64,000 nucleotides of DNA. Origin: Lysobacteraceae bacterium (GTDB taxonomy: Bacteria; Pseudomonadota; Gammaproteobacteria; Xanthomonadales; Xanthomonadaceae). Shown here piece after piece: positions 50,036-59,464 of the stretch. Positions within the stretch are counted from its first letter, which is position 1. Each line of letters opens with the position of its first letter. The translations under genes and the position numbers were made by a program. The notes under the pieces were generated by a model. It ran no database searches. It had not been told where the DNA came from and worked only from the letters and a program-made list of their open reading frames with translations. The stretch is from the NCBI GenBank assembly GCA_036496805.1, contig DASXKN010000029.1:345451-409450 (forward strand). Direction: 5' to 3'.

Positions 50036-51322
50036 ATGGACCTCCGCGACGAGCTCACCGACCTGCCCAACCGGCGCACGTTCGTCGAGCTGCTCGAGGG
50101 CCACATCCACGAGTGCGCGGGGAACAACGCCTCGCTCGGCCTGCTGGTCGTGGACATCGACCGCTTCACCCAGATCAACGTCACCTTCGGCTACCCCTTC
50201 GGCGACCTCCTGCTGCGCCACCTGGCCGCGCAGCTCGGCGCGGTGGCGCGCCCGCAGGACCGCGTCGCGCGCATCGGCGACAACCGTTTCGCATTGATCC
50301 TGCCGCGCCTGTTCAACCGCGGCCATGGCGAGCTGGCCGCGCAGAAGGCGCTGCGCCTGCTCGAGGCGCCGTTCGAACACGACGGCGTGCGCCTGCGCCT
50401 GGCGGTGACCATCGGCGCCGCGCTGTGCCCGCAGCACGCCGCGCACGCCGAACAACTGCTCGGCAAGGCCGAGCTGGCGCTGGCGATGGCGCGCCAGGAG
50501 GACCGTCGCTACCGTTTCGCGCCCGACAGCGCCGGCGCCGGCACGCTGTCCGACCAGTGGGACCTCGAGCTGGAGCTGTCCAACGCGATCGACCGCGGCG
50601 AGCTGAGCATGCATTACCAGCCGCAGGTGCGGATCGCCGACCGCCGCGTCGTCGGCGTCGAGGCGCTGATGCGCTGGAACAGCCACAGTCGCGGCACGGT
50701 GCCGCCCGACGTGTTCATCCCGCTCGCCGAACGCACCGGCCACATCCGCAAGTTGACGCTGTGGGCGATGCAGACCGTGCTCCGCCAGGCCTCGCAGTGG
50801 CGCCACGACTGGGGCCCGCTGACGGCGTCGGTGAACATGCCCAGCGAGCTGGTCGCGCACTCGGACCTGCCCGACCTCCTGCAGAACGCGCTGCAGTTGT
50901 TCGGCAGCGACGCCGTGCGGCCGATGATCGAGATCACCGAGCGCTCGCTGATGGGCGGCGACCGCGCGCTCGATCAGTTGCAGCGCATCCGCGAGCTGGG
51001 CGTGCGCATCTCGATCGACGACTTCGGCACCGGCTATTCCTGCCTGGCCTACTTCCACAAGATCCCCGCCACCGAACTGAAGATCGACAAGTCCTTCGTC
51101 TCGCGCCTGCTCATCGACACGGCCAGCGCCGACATCACCACGCTGATCATCGACCTCGCCCACAAGTTCGGACTCGACGTCGTCGCCGAAGGCGCGGAGG
51201 ACCAGGCCACGCTCGACAAGCTCAGCGCCGGCGGCTGCGACATCGTGCAGGGTTACGTTTTCGCGAGGCCGATGCCGGCGGACGAATGCGAAAAATGGCT
51301 GCAGGAGTTCGGGAAAGGGTAA
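50036..51322 (+). CDS. GGDEF(degenerate)-EAL protein; EAL c-di-GMP phosphodiesterase probably active
   Basis: The GGDEF position reads GDNRF. EAL motifs are intact (EALMRW...DDFGTGYSCLAYF...). Lies 9 nt after the HD-GYP gene. Confidence 0.8.
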   Translation: MDLRDELTDLPNRRTFVELLEGHIHECAGNNASLGLLVVDIDRFTQINVTFGYPFGDLLLRHLAAQLGAVARPQDRVARIGDNRFALILPRLFNRGHGELAAQKALRLLEAPFEHDGVRLRLAVTIGAALCPQHAAHAEQLLGKAELALAMARQEDRRYRFAPDSAGAGTLSDQWDLELELSNAIDRGELSMHYQPQVRIADRRVVGVEALMRWNSHSRGTVPPDVFIPLAERTGHIRKLTLWAMQTVLRQASQWRHDWGPLTASVNMPSELVAHSDLPDLLQNALQLFGSDAVRPMIEITERSLMGGDRALDQLQRIRELGVRISIDDFGTGYSCLAYFHKIPATELKIDKSFVSRLLIDTASADITTLIIDLAHKFGLDVVAEGAEDQATLDKLSAGGCDIVQGYVFARPMPADECEKWLQEFGKG

Positions 51323-51516
51323 GGCGGGCAAGGCAATCCGCCGGACCCGCCTGCCCGATGGTGGTCCTTCCGCGCGCGCTTCCGCAAGTCCGCAGCCATC
51401 TTCAGGCTTGCTGCCACCGTGGCGGCATGCGATTCCCGGCAACGCAGCGTTCCGGCAGCAGTGGGCGTGTGCAGGCCCGGCGCGTGACATGCTCGATCCA
51501 CTCAAGGAGGACATCC

Positions 51517-52569
51517 ATGAAGACGAATGCCTACGGCGCCCATGCCGCCGACCAGCCCTTCGTGCCGCTCGCCATCGATCGCCGCGCGGTCGGCCCGGGT
51601 GACGTGCAGATCGACATCGCGTACTGCGGGATCTGCCATTCCGACCTGCACACCGTGCGCTCGGAATGGAGCGGCACGCGCTATCCCTGCGTGCCCGGCC
51701 ACGAAATCGTCGGCCACGTCAGCGCGGTCGGTGCGGAAGTGCAGGGCTACAAGGTCGGCGACACCGTCGGCGTCGGTTGCCTCGTCGGCAGCTGCCATCG
51801 CTGCAGCGCCTGCGACGCGGGCCTCGAACAGTATTGCGAGAACGGCTTCACCGGCACCTACAACGGCCGCACCGCCGATCCGCCGGGCCATACGCTGGGC
51901 GGCTATTCGCAGCGCATCGTGGTCGACCAGCGTTTCGTGCTGAAGATCCGCCATCCCGAATCGCAGCTCGCCGCGGTCGCGCCGCTGCTGTGCGCGGGCA
52001 TCACCACCTATTCGCCGCTGCGGCACTGGAAGGTCGGGCCGGGCAGCACGGTCGGCATCGTCGGCATCGGCGGGCTCGGCCACATGGGCATCAAGATCGC
52101 GCATGCGATGGGCGCGCACACGGTCGCGTTCACGACGTCCGAGGGCAAGCGCAGCGCGGCGCTCGAACTCGGCGCGGACGAGGTCGTGGTCTCGAAGGAT
52201 GCCGAGGCGATGAAGAAGCAGGCGCGTCGCTTCGACTTCATCCTCGACACCGTGGCCGCGAGCCACGACCTCGACGCCTTCACCGCCCTGCTCAAGCGCG
52301 AGGGCACGCTGTGCCTGGTCGGCGTGCCCGAACATGCGCATCCCAGTCCGAACATCGGCCAGCTCATCTTCGGCCGTCGCGCGATCGCCGGCTCGCTGAT
52401 CGGCGGCTTGCCGGAGACGCAGGAAATGCTCGATTTCTGCGCCGAGCGCGGCATCGTCTCCGACATCGAGATGATCCGCGCGCAGCAGATCGACATGGCT
52501 TACGAACGCATGGTGCGCAGCGACGTGAAGTACCGCTTCGTGATCGACGTGGCGTCGATGGCGGGGTGA
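51517..52569 (+). CDS. zinc-dependent NAD(P)-alcohol dehydrogenase (YahK/cinnamyl-alcohol-DH family)
   Basis: AAGGAGG RBS. Catalytic and structural zinc motifs GHEIVG, CGICHSD, CxxCxxC. Confidence 0.85.
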   Translation: MKTNAYGAHAADQPFVPLAIDRRAVGPGDVQIDIAYCGICHSDLHTVRSEWSGTRYPCVPGHEIVGHVSAVGAEVQGYKVGDTVGVGCLVGSCHRCSACDAGLEQYCENGFTGTYNGRTADPPGHTLGGYSQRIVVDQRFVLKIRHPESQLAAVAPLLCAGITTYSPLRHWKVGPGSTVGIVGIGGLGHMGIKIAHAMGAHTVAFTTSEGKRSAALELGADEVVVSKDAEAMKKQARRFDFILDTVAASHDLDAFTALLKREGTLCLVGVPEHAHPSPNIGQLIFGRRAIAGSLIGGLPETQEMLDFCAERGIVSDIEMIRAQQIDMAYERMVRSDVKYRFVIDVASMAG

Positions 52570-52757
52570 GTTGCCCGGCGTTTTCCCCGTCCGCGGTGAG
52601 CGCTTTGGTCGTTCGCGATGGATGTCTTCGCCGTTCGTCGTGAGCCTGTCGAACCACTGACGGCGAAGACGGACCCTACGGGTGTCATGTCCGAATCCGG
52701 CGAGCTTCGGCTTCGGGCCTGCGGCATCCTGGGTGCGTCCAAGCACCGGAGAACGCC

Positions 52758-53231
52758 ATGTCCAGCTTCCGCCTGGCCGGTATCGACCACGAACCATTCG
52801 AACCGTTGTTCTCCCTCGACGACGCCCGACTGCGCGAACGCGGCGCAGTGCGTTGCGTCGCTACCGGGCAGCCGGGCTTCCCGTGCCGTGTCAGCCTCGA
52901 GGACGCGAAGGTCGGCGAAGAACTGCTCCTGCTGCCGTTCGTCCACCAGCCGGGCGCGTCGCCGTACCGCGCGTCCGGGCCGATCTTCGTGCGTCGCGGT
53001 GCGAAACGGCAGATATTGCCGGCGCGCGTCGTGCCTCCGCATATCGCTCGCCGCTTGATGTCGGTGCGCGCCTACGACGCAGCGCACATGATGATCGACG
53101 CGACCGTGACCGAAAGTGCGGACGTGGCGTCGTCGCTCGACCGTTTCTTCGCGAATGCCGACACCGCCTACGTCCACCTGCACAACACCGGCCGTGGCTG
53201 CTTCTCGTGCACGGCGGAAAGGGTCGGGTGA
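52758..53231 (+). CDS. DUF1203-family protein
   Basis: Sequence pattern (FRLAGIDHEPFEPLFSLDDARLRERGAVR...GFPCRVSLEDA) typical of DUF1203. Confidence 0.6.
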   Translation: MSSFRLAGIDHEPFEPLFSLDDARLRERGAVRCVATGQPGFPCRVSLEDAKVGEELLLLPFVHQPGASPYRASGPIFVRRGAKRQILPARVVPPHIARRLMSVRAYDAAHMMIDATVTESADVASSLDRFFANADTAYVHLHNTGRGCFSCTAERVG

Positions 53232-53381
53232 AGCCCGCTGCACGAACAGATCGTGGCCGTCAGCGGAACGGGGGCTGGTGTGCAGGCCATGCCGCGACAT
53301 CCACACCCGTCGGTCGCAAGGGCCGTTCCGGAACGCATGCGCGACTGGCCAGGGATCACCTGCGCGCGGGCACACGCCCGA

Positions 53382-55466
53382 TCACTCCGGCTGCCGCGAC
53401 TCCGCTTTCAGGAACCGGCCGTACCAGTCGAGATTGCGCTGCAGCCGGTCGCGCAGGTAGCTCGGCACCGTCAGGCCGTGGTGCTGCCCCGGATACTCCA
53501 CAAGCTGCGAAGGCACGCCCAGCGACTTCAGCGCCTGGTACATCTGCTCGGCGCCGTGGCAGGGCACGTTGAAGTCGTTGCCTGCGCACTGGTACATGGT
53601 CGGGGTGACGATGCGGTCGGCATGCAGGAAGGGGTAACTGACGCGGTCCCAGATCGTGCGGTCCTTCCACGGCAGGCCGAGTTCGAGTTCGTATTCGCGC
53701 ACGTATTCGTCGCCACCGTACATGCCGATGAAGTTGGCGGCGCCGGCGCCGCTGACCGCGGCCTTGAAGCGGGTGTCGCTCGCGATCAGGTAGTCGGTGA
53801 GGATGCCGCCGTAGCTCCAGCCGCCGACTCCGATGCGTGCCGGATCGACGATGCCCATCGCGACGGCGTGGTCGATGCCGGCGAGCACGTCCTCGACGTC
53901 CTTGTGGCCCCAGTCGGCCCGGATCGCTTTCGCGAAATCGAAGCCGCGCCCCGAACTGCCGCGCGGGTTCACCGCGAGCACCGCGTAACCGTGCGCTGCG
54001 TAGGCCTGCCAGTCGGGCATGAATTCGCGGCTGTACTGGTACACCGGGCCGCCGTGCACGCGCACGATCGTCGGATAGCGTACGCCGGGCTTCCAGCCGA
54101 CCGGCTTCACCAGCAGGCCGTCGATCGCGGTGCCGTCCTTGCTGGCGTAGTGGATGGCCTCGACGTCGGCCAGGTGCTTGTCGCTCAGGAAAGCGTTGTG
54201 GTCGCCGAGCGGGCGCAGCGTATCGCTTTCGACCGCCGATATTTCGTAAGGATGACGGTCGTCGCCGCCGAGCACGGCGACGCGATCGTTCGCGGAAACG
54301 TCGAGGTCGAAGTCGAAGCGGTCGCCATGGTCGAGCTCGGTAAGCTTGCCATCGGCGAGATCGATGCGCGCGAGGTGGGTGACCAGGCTCTGCTCGACCA
54401 GGGCATAGACGCTGCGGCCGTCGTGCGACCAGCGCGGCTTGTAGAAGCAGCGGTCGATCGGCGCGGGGATCGTCTCCTTGCCCGTCGCGACGTCGACGAT
54501 GCCGAGCACCCACGGCGCGTAGTCGAGCCAGTGCGCGTAGTCGCTGCGCGGGTAGGCGATGCGGGTGCCGTCGGGACTCCAGGCCGGGCGCGTTTCCCAG
54601 TCGGGGTTGTCGGATGTGTGGTCGGGCGAGGTGATGCGGCGATCCTGCGCGCCCGGCCTCGCGGCGATGACGTGGATCTCGAAGTTCATCGCGCGGTCGG
54701 CGTCGGGCTCGCGCTTGCTGGTGAAGGCGATCTGCCGGCCGTCGGGCGAAAACGCCGGCAACACTTCGTCGTGCGTGCCGGGCGTGAGCAGGGTGGCGGC
54801 GCCGGTGGCGACGTCGACGAGATACAGGTGCTTGCGACGCGCGCCGAGCAAGCCGTCGGCGTCGTCCTTGAACAGGTAGCGGTCGGTGACCAGCGGCGGG
54901 GGATTCTTCGGCTTCGTCGTGCCCGGCGGCAGCCCGGGATCGTAGGCGATCACGGCGAGCAACTTGCCGTCGGAGGAGTAGGCGTAGTCCTCGACGCCGT
55001 CGGGCATGTGCGTGACCTGGCGCGGTGGTCCGCCGTTCGCTGGCATCAGCCAGACCTGCGTCCTGGCGTCGTCATCGGATGAGTCGCCGCTCGGCTTGGC
55101 ATCGCCGGATGCCGCCTTGCCGGATGCGTCGGCGCTGCGCGGATCGATCTTGCGATCGGACAGGAAGGCGAGCCATTTCCCGTCGCCGGACCATTGCGGC
55201 CGCCACTCGCTGCTGTCGGGCGTCCCGGTGAGGCGCACGCGAGCGCTGCCGTCCCAGCGCACGCGCCAGAGGTCGGATTGCTGCTGGTCGGCATCGGTGT
55301 TCGCGGTGGTGACGGTGTAGGCGATGGCCTGGCCGTCGGGCGAAAAGACCGGCTCGGTGACGTCGGCGAGGCGGTCGAGGTCGGCGACGTCGAAGAGGTT
55401 GGATGGCGGCGCAGCAGGTGCGTCGACAGCGGCCAGCAGGAACAGCAGCAGGGCGGGGCGGATCAT
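53382..55466 (-). CDS. secreted S9-family peptidase (prolyl oligopeptidase/acylaminoacyl-peptidase type) with N-terminal PD40 beta-propeller
   Basis: Signal peptide. Nucleophile elbow GGWSYGG. Late D/H residues complete the triad. Confidence 0.85.
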   Translation of the reverse strand: MIRPALLLFLLAAVDAPAAPPSNLFDVADLDRLADVTEPVFSPDGQAIAYTVTTANTDADQQQSDLWRVRWDGSARVRLTGTPDSSEWRPQWSGDGKWLAFLSDRKIDPRSADASGKAASGDAKPSGDSSDDDARTQVWLMPANGGPPRQVTHMPDGVEDYAYSSDGKLLAVIAYDPGLPPGTTKPKNPPPLVTDRYLFKDDADGLLGARRKHLYLVDVATGAATLLTPGTHDEVLPAFSPDGRQIAFTSKREPDADRAMNFEIHVIAARPGAQDRRITSPDHTSDNPDWETRPAWSPDGTRIAYPRSDYAHWLDYAPWVLGIVDVATGKETIPAPIDRCFYKPRWSHDGRSVYALVEQSLVTHLARIDLADGKLTELDHGDRFDFDLDVSANDRVAVLGGDDRHPYEISAVESDTLRPLGDHNAFLSDKHLADVEAIHYASKDGTAIDGLLVKPVGWKPGVRYPTIVRVHGGPVYQYSREFMPDWQAYAAHGYAVLAVNPRGSSGRGFDFAKAIRADWGHKDVEDVLAGIDHAVAMGIVDPARIGVGGWSYGGILTDYLIASDTRFKAAVSGAGAANFIGMYGGDEYVREYELELGLPWKDRTIWDRVSYPFLHADRIVTPTMYQCAGNDFNVPCHGAEQMYQALKSLGVPSQLVEYPGQHHGLTVPSYLRDRLQRNLDWYGRFLKAESRQPE

Positions 55467-57994
55467 GGCTGGCCTGCGGCGATGGCGAGGAAACGGTCGC
55501 GCGCGTCGCGCAGGTAGTCGAGGGTGATGCGGCGCTCGTTCGCGTCATTGAAGTCGTCGCGGGCTTCGATCAGCTTGAGGGTGTCGGTCAGCCAGTCGGC
55601 GAAGTACTTCGCGTCCTGCGGCGCGCTGGCGGTGCGCTGCTGCGGGCCGACCCAGATCGGGTTGGTGGTCGCGTACGGGTACACGTCCTGCACGAGCGGA
55701 TCGGCGTTGTCGTTCCAGGCGCGCAGCAGGACCCAGCCGCCGTCGAGCGTGACTTCACCGCTGCTGTCGAAGTGGTCAAGGTTGCTGTCCACGAGGAAAG
55801 TCGTCACGACATTCCCGTTCTGCACGAGTTCGAGGTGGTTGATGGCGCCGGAAGAGCGCAGTGCGACCTGGAAATGATGCGGGCCCGGCCGCACGCTGCC
55901 GCCGGGTTTCACGCCGTCGATCAGCAGGCCCAGCAGCGGGCCGTTGCTGGCGAAGCCATGACCGGCCTTGAGCGCGGCGAAGATCGATGCGGTGTCGCGC
56001 TGGCCGTCGGTGTCGAGGAAGACGCGATTCTGTCCGACCGGTCCGCGCAGCGAGGCGTAGTTCGCCATCGCGTCGGTGCCGGCGCCCGTGGGCAGGTGGA
56101 AGCCGAGGTTGAGCAGCTTGTACCAGACGGTCGCGGTGGCGATCGGATCGGAGAAGCCGACGATCTCGATGTAGTCTACCTTGCCATTGAGTACGTCGGC
56201 AGGCAGCTCGTTGGTGAGGTCGGTGTCTTTCGCCGGATCGGGCAGGATGTCGAACGGATGCACGTAGCCGACGATTCCGCCCTGCGCATGCGCGAGGTCG
56301 GCGACCGCGGCATTCGTCGGGTACGGGCTCGCGAGCGGCGAGTGGCGGTAGGAGGCGAAGCCGGGCGTGATGTAGTGGTCGTGCAGGTCGAGCAGGCCGA
56401 GGTGGCCCCACAGGCTGGTGTGGTATTCCTGCGCGTGCAGCACGGTGACCTGCGGCGTGCTCGCCGGATCGGCATCGGGCCGGAACCAGGCGAGGTCGGG
56501 GACGCGCTGCTCCTTGTTGACGATCAGGTCGTAGGCGAGGTCGAGGTCCTCGGCGCGTGCCTGCCGCGCGAGGTTCGCCGGCGTGTTGCGGTAGTGGCCG
56601 CCGTAGTTCATGTGGATGTGCAGGTCGGCGCTGATCCAGTCGCCGAACTGGGTGGGCAACCTGTGCGGATGGAACTGCATGGCGATTCCCATGTCGTCTC
56701 CGGCCATGAGTCCCACGGTGTTGTGCGAAGCGTAGGCGAAGCCGTGCTGGGCGACGATGTGCAACGTTCCTGAGGGTACATCGATGACGCACGGCGGCGC
56801 GCATTCGAAATAGTGGTTCTCGGCGGACTGCAGGGAGCGATCGAAACCGTCGTCGGCGTGCATCCATGCATCGCGCGGCGCGTACGCGCGGCCGTCACCC
56901 GCCAGCACCGACACGCGCCCCGGGATGCGCTCGCCGTTCTCGTCGATGAGGTTCAGTCTCAGGCGTGCCTGTGGCATGCGGAAATGCAGGCGTTTCGCCT
57001 GGATGGTGCGGGTCGCGCCGCCCACCGCGTCGACCACGCGGAGGACCGTGTTGCCGTTTTCGGCTCGGGCGGCATCGACGCTGTTGTCGATGTAGGCGAT
57101 CCGTTGTCCGTCCGGCGACCAGCGCGCATGGCGGCGGTCCGAATCGCCGAACGTCAGCGGCAATGGCGGCGCGCCGGTCGTGGTCGTGAGCCACAACTGT
57201 TCCGACTGGCGCCCTCGGTAGCTGGTATAGAGCAGGCGCTTGCCGTCGGGCGCGACCTCGGGACGCGTGTTCCAGTTCGTTTCCTCGCTGAGCACCTTGT
57301 GGCGCTGCGAAGGATCGTTGACCGAAGCGGCCCAGATATCGCCGGTGCCCCAGGTCACGTCGTGGTTGGAGACGTAGTAGATCGTCGCGCCGTTGGGCGA
57401 CCATGACGGGTTGATCGCGTGGTCGAAGGCCGAGTAGTAATAGCGGTCGGTGGCCGTCTTCGTTTCGCCGAGCAGCGGATGCGCGGCGTGCAGGCCGGTC
57501 GCGTCGATGTCGGCGATGAACAGGTTGAAATGGCCCGTGCCCTGCGTGGAGACCCAGGCGATGCGCCGGCCGTCGGGCGACAGGCGCGGCTCGACGTTCA
57601 CCGCGCCGGCGGAGGTGAGGCGCTGTTCGCGGCCGGTTGCCAGGTCCAGCCGCCAGAGCTCGACCGCGTTGCCGTCGTAACGGTCGAACACCACGCTGCG
57701 GCCATCGCGTGCGACGTCGGGCTGGTAGTCGTAGGCGCCGGTCGCGTGGGTGAGTTCGGTGGCTTCGTCGTTGCCGATGCGCTGCTCCCACAGCGAACCG
57801 GCCATGCTGTAGACCAGCGTATCGCCGTCGGGCATGAAAGCTGCCGATGATGGCCCGGTCGTGAGCTGCGGAAGGTAGAGCTCGCGCCAGTAGTAGTTGT
57901 GAGGCAGGTCGACCTGCTTGAGCACGGGCTCACGGCCGGCGATGGCTGCGCCGGCCAGCGTTGCAAGAAGCAACGCCAGAAGGTGACGGGTCAT
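55463..57994 (-). CDS. secreted PD40/TolB-like beta-propeller fused to CehA/McbA-family (PHP-like) metallohydrolase
   Basis: GGAGG RBS upstream of the ATG at 57992-57994. Signal peptide. Repeated SPDGxxIAY propeller blades. His-rich C-terminal half (HIHMNYGGHY...HPFD). ATGA overlap with the S9 peptidase gene. Confidence 0.7.
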   Translation of the reverse strand: MTRHLLALLLATLAGAAIAGREPVLKQVDLPHNYYWRELYLPQLTTGPSSAAFMPDGDTLVYSMAGSLWEQRIGNDEATELTHATGAYDYQPDVARDGRSVVFDRYDGNAVELWRLDLATGREQRLTSAGAVNVEPRLSPDGRRIAWVSTQGTGHFNLFIADIDATGLHAAHPLLGETKTATDRYYYSAFDHAINPSWSPNGATIYYVSNHDVTWGTGDIWAASVNDPSQRHKVLSEETNWNTRPEVAPDGKRLLYTSYRGRQSEQLWLTTTTGAPPLPLTFGDSDRRHARWSPDGQRIAYIDNSVDAARAENGNTVLRVVDAVGGATRTIQAKRLHFRMPQARLRLNLIDENGERIPGRVSVLAGDGRAYAPRDAWMHADDGFDRSLQSAENHYFECAPPCVIDVPSGTLHIVAQHGFAYASHNTVGLMAGDDMGIAMQFHPHRLPTQFGDWISADLHIHMNYGGHYRNTPANLARQARAEDLDLAYDLIVNKEQRVPDLAWFRPDADPASTPQVTVLHAQEYHTSLWGHLGLLDLHDHYITPGFASYRHSPLASPYPTNAAVADLAHAQGGIVGYVHPFDILPDPAKDTDLTNELPADVLNGKVDYIEIVGFSDPIATATVWYKLLNLGFHLPTGAGTDAMANYASLRGPVGQNRVFLDTDGQRDTASIFAALKAGHGFASNGPLLGLLIDGVKPGGSVRPGPHHFQVALRSSGAINHLELVQNGNVVTTFLVDSNLDHFDSSGEVTLDGGWVLLRAWNDNADPLVQDVYPYATTNPIWVGPQQRTASAPQDAKYFADWLTDTLKLIEARDDFNDANERRITLDYLRDARDRFLAIAAGQP

Positions 57995-58015
57995 GGGTGC
58001 ACCTCCGCTGCTTTT

Positions 58016-58104
58016 GACGTCATCCCCGCGAAGGCGGGGATCCACGTGCGCAGGAAGCCAGCGTGGATGACGTGGGTGGATCCCCGCCTTCGCGGGGATG
58101 ACGT
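58016..58104. repeat. REP/SMAG-like nested palindromic element
   Basis: Two perfect inverted arms (58017-58045 and 58075-58103), spacer 29 bp. Each arm contains the inner palindrome CCCCGCGAAGGCGGGG. Confidence 0.7.
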
Positions 58105-58138
58105 GCAGGAGCCGAAGTGGGTGGCGGACACGGTGGCC

Positions 58139-59464
58139 TCAGGCCTGCAGCTGCAGGGCTTCTTCGAGACTGGCGCGCAGCATGACCATCGCCTCGTCGA
58201 TCTGCGTGGTGGTCACGTTCAGCGGCGGCATGAAGCGGATCGTGCTGGCGCCGCAGGACAGCAGCAGCAGGCCGTTGTGGAAGGCGCGGTTGACCGTGGC
58301 GTCGCAGAGCGCGCGTGCGGGCGATCCTGCCTCGCCGCTTTCGACGAGTTCGATGCCGATCATCAGGCCCCTGCCGCGGACTTCGCCGATGCACGGGAAG
58401 TCGCGCTGCAGATCGCGCAGCCGCGCCATGAAATGCGCGCCTGCGCTCGCGGCGTTGTGCACGAAACCGTCGGCGACTAGATCGAGCGTCGCGTTCGCAG
58501 CCGCGCAGGCGATCGGGTTGCCGCCGTAGGTGTTGCCATGCGCACCGCGCTTCCATTGCGACATCAGCGATTTGCGCGCGACGACCGTACCGATCGGCAG
58601 CCCCGAGCCGAGCCCCTTGGCCAGGGTCATGATGTCGGGCGCGACGTCCCAGTGCTCGCAGGCGAACATCTTCCCGGTGCGACCGACGCCGGACTGCACT
58701 TCGTCGAAGATCAGCAGGATGCCGTGCTCGTCGCAGAGCGCGCGCAGGCCGGCGAGGAAGCCGTCCGGCGGGACGAGATAGCCGCCTTCGCCCTGGATCG
58801 GTTCGACCAGGATCGCCGCGACTTCGGCCGCAGGCACGCTGCGTTCGAACAGGGAGCGGATGTAGTCGAGCACGGCCTTGCCCTGGTCGGCTCCGGCAAA
58901 CAGCGGCCGATAGGGATTGGGGTAGGGCACATGGGTCACGCCGGGCATGGTCGGCGCGAAGCCGAGCTGCTGGGTGTACTTGCTCGAGGTGAACGACAGC
59001 GAGCCCATCGTGCGGCCGTGGAAGCCGCCGAGGAAGCCGATGAAGCGCGGCCGCCGGGTGATGTAGCGCGCGAGCTTGAGCGCGCCTTCGACGGCTTCGG
59101 TACCGGACTGGCAGAAGAAGCTCATCGCAGGTTCGCGCATCGGTGCAACGCGGGCGATGCGCTCGCCGAGGCCGACCATCTGCTCGTGCCAGTAGTCCGA
59201 GGAGATGTGCAGGAAATCGTCGGCGGCACGCTTCACCGCTGCGACCACGTCGGGATGGGCGTGGCCGGTCGAGCACACGGCGATGCCGGCGGCGAAGTCG
59301 AGAAAGCGGTTGCCGTCGACGTCCCAGACTTCGCTGCCGCGACCGCGGGACATGACGAAGGGGTAGTCGCGCGGATACGAGGGGGAGATGACCGCGGTGT
59401 CGCGGGCGATCATGGCCTGGGCCTTGGGGCCGGGGAGGTCGGTCTTGATGTGGTCGTTGTGCAT
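58139..59464 (-). CDS. class III PLP-dependent aminotransferase (GabT/omega-aminotransferase-like)
   Basis: Aminotransferase class III motifs DEVQSGVGRTGKMFACEHW...TLAKGLGSG. Confidence 0.85.
   Translation of the reverse strand: MHNDHIKTDLPGPKAQAMIARDTAVISPSYPRDYPFVMSRGRGSEVWDVDGNRFLDFAAGIAVCSTGHAHPDVVAAVKRAADDFLHISSDYWHEQMVGLGERIARVAPMREPAMSFFCQSGTEAVEGALKLARYITRRPRFIGFLGGFHGRTMGSLSFTSSKYTQQLGFAPTMPGVTHVPYPNPYRPLFAGADQGKAVLDYIRSLFERSVPAAEVAAILVEPIQGEGGYLVPPDGFLAGLRALCDEHGILLIFDEVQSGVGRTGKMFACEHWDVAPDIMTLAKGLGSGLPIGTVVARKSLMSQWKRGAHGNTYGGNPIACAAANATLDLVADGFVHNAASAGAHFMARLRDLQRDFPCIGEVRGRGLMIGIELVESGEAGSPARALCDATVNRAFHNGLLLLSCGASTIRFMPPLNVTTTQIDEAMVMLRASLEEALQLQA

Noticed and set aside
48616-51516. 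Upstream 2.9 kb of the 1317-aa ORF that ends in the alcohol dehydrogenase
   Set aside because: Out-of-frame overlap with the HD-GYP and GGDEF-EAL genes. The ADH starts at the ATG at 51517, which has a perfect AAGGAGG SD.
57995-58045. First ATG of ORF 55463..58045 (MDPRLRGDDVKSSGGAP...)
   Set aside because: It lies inside the REP palindrome. The downstream ATG at 57994 has a GGAGG SD and is followed by a proper signal peptide.
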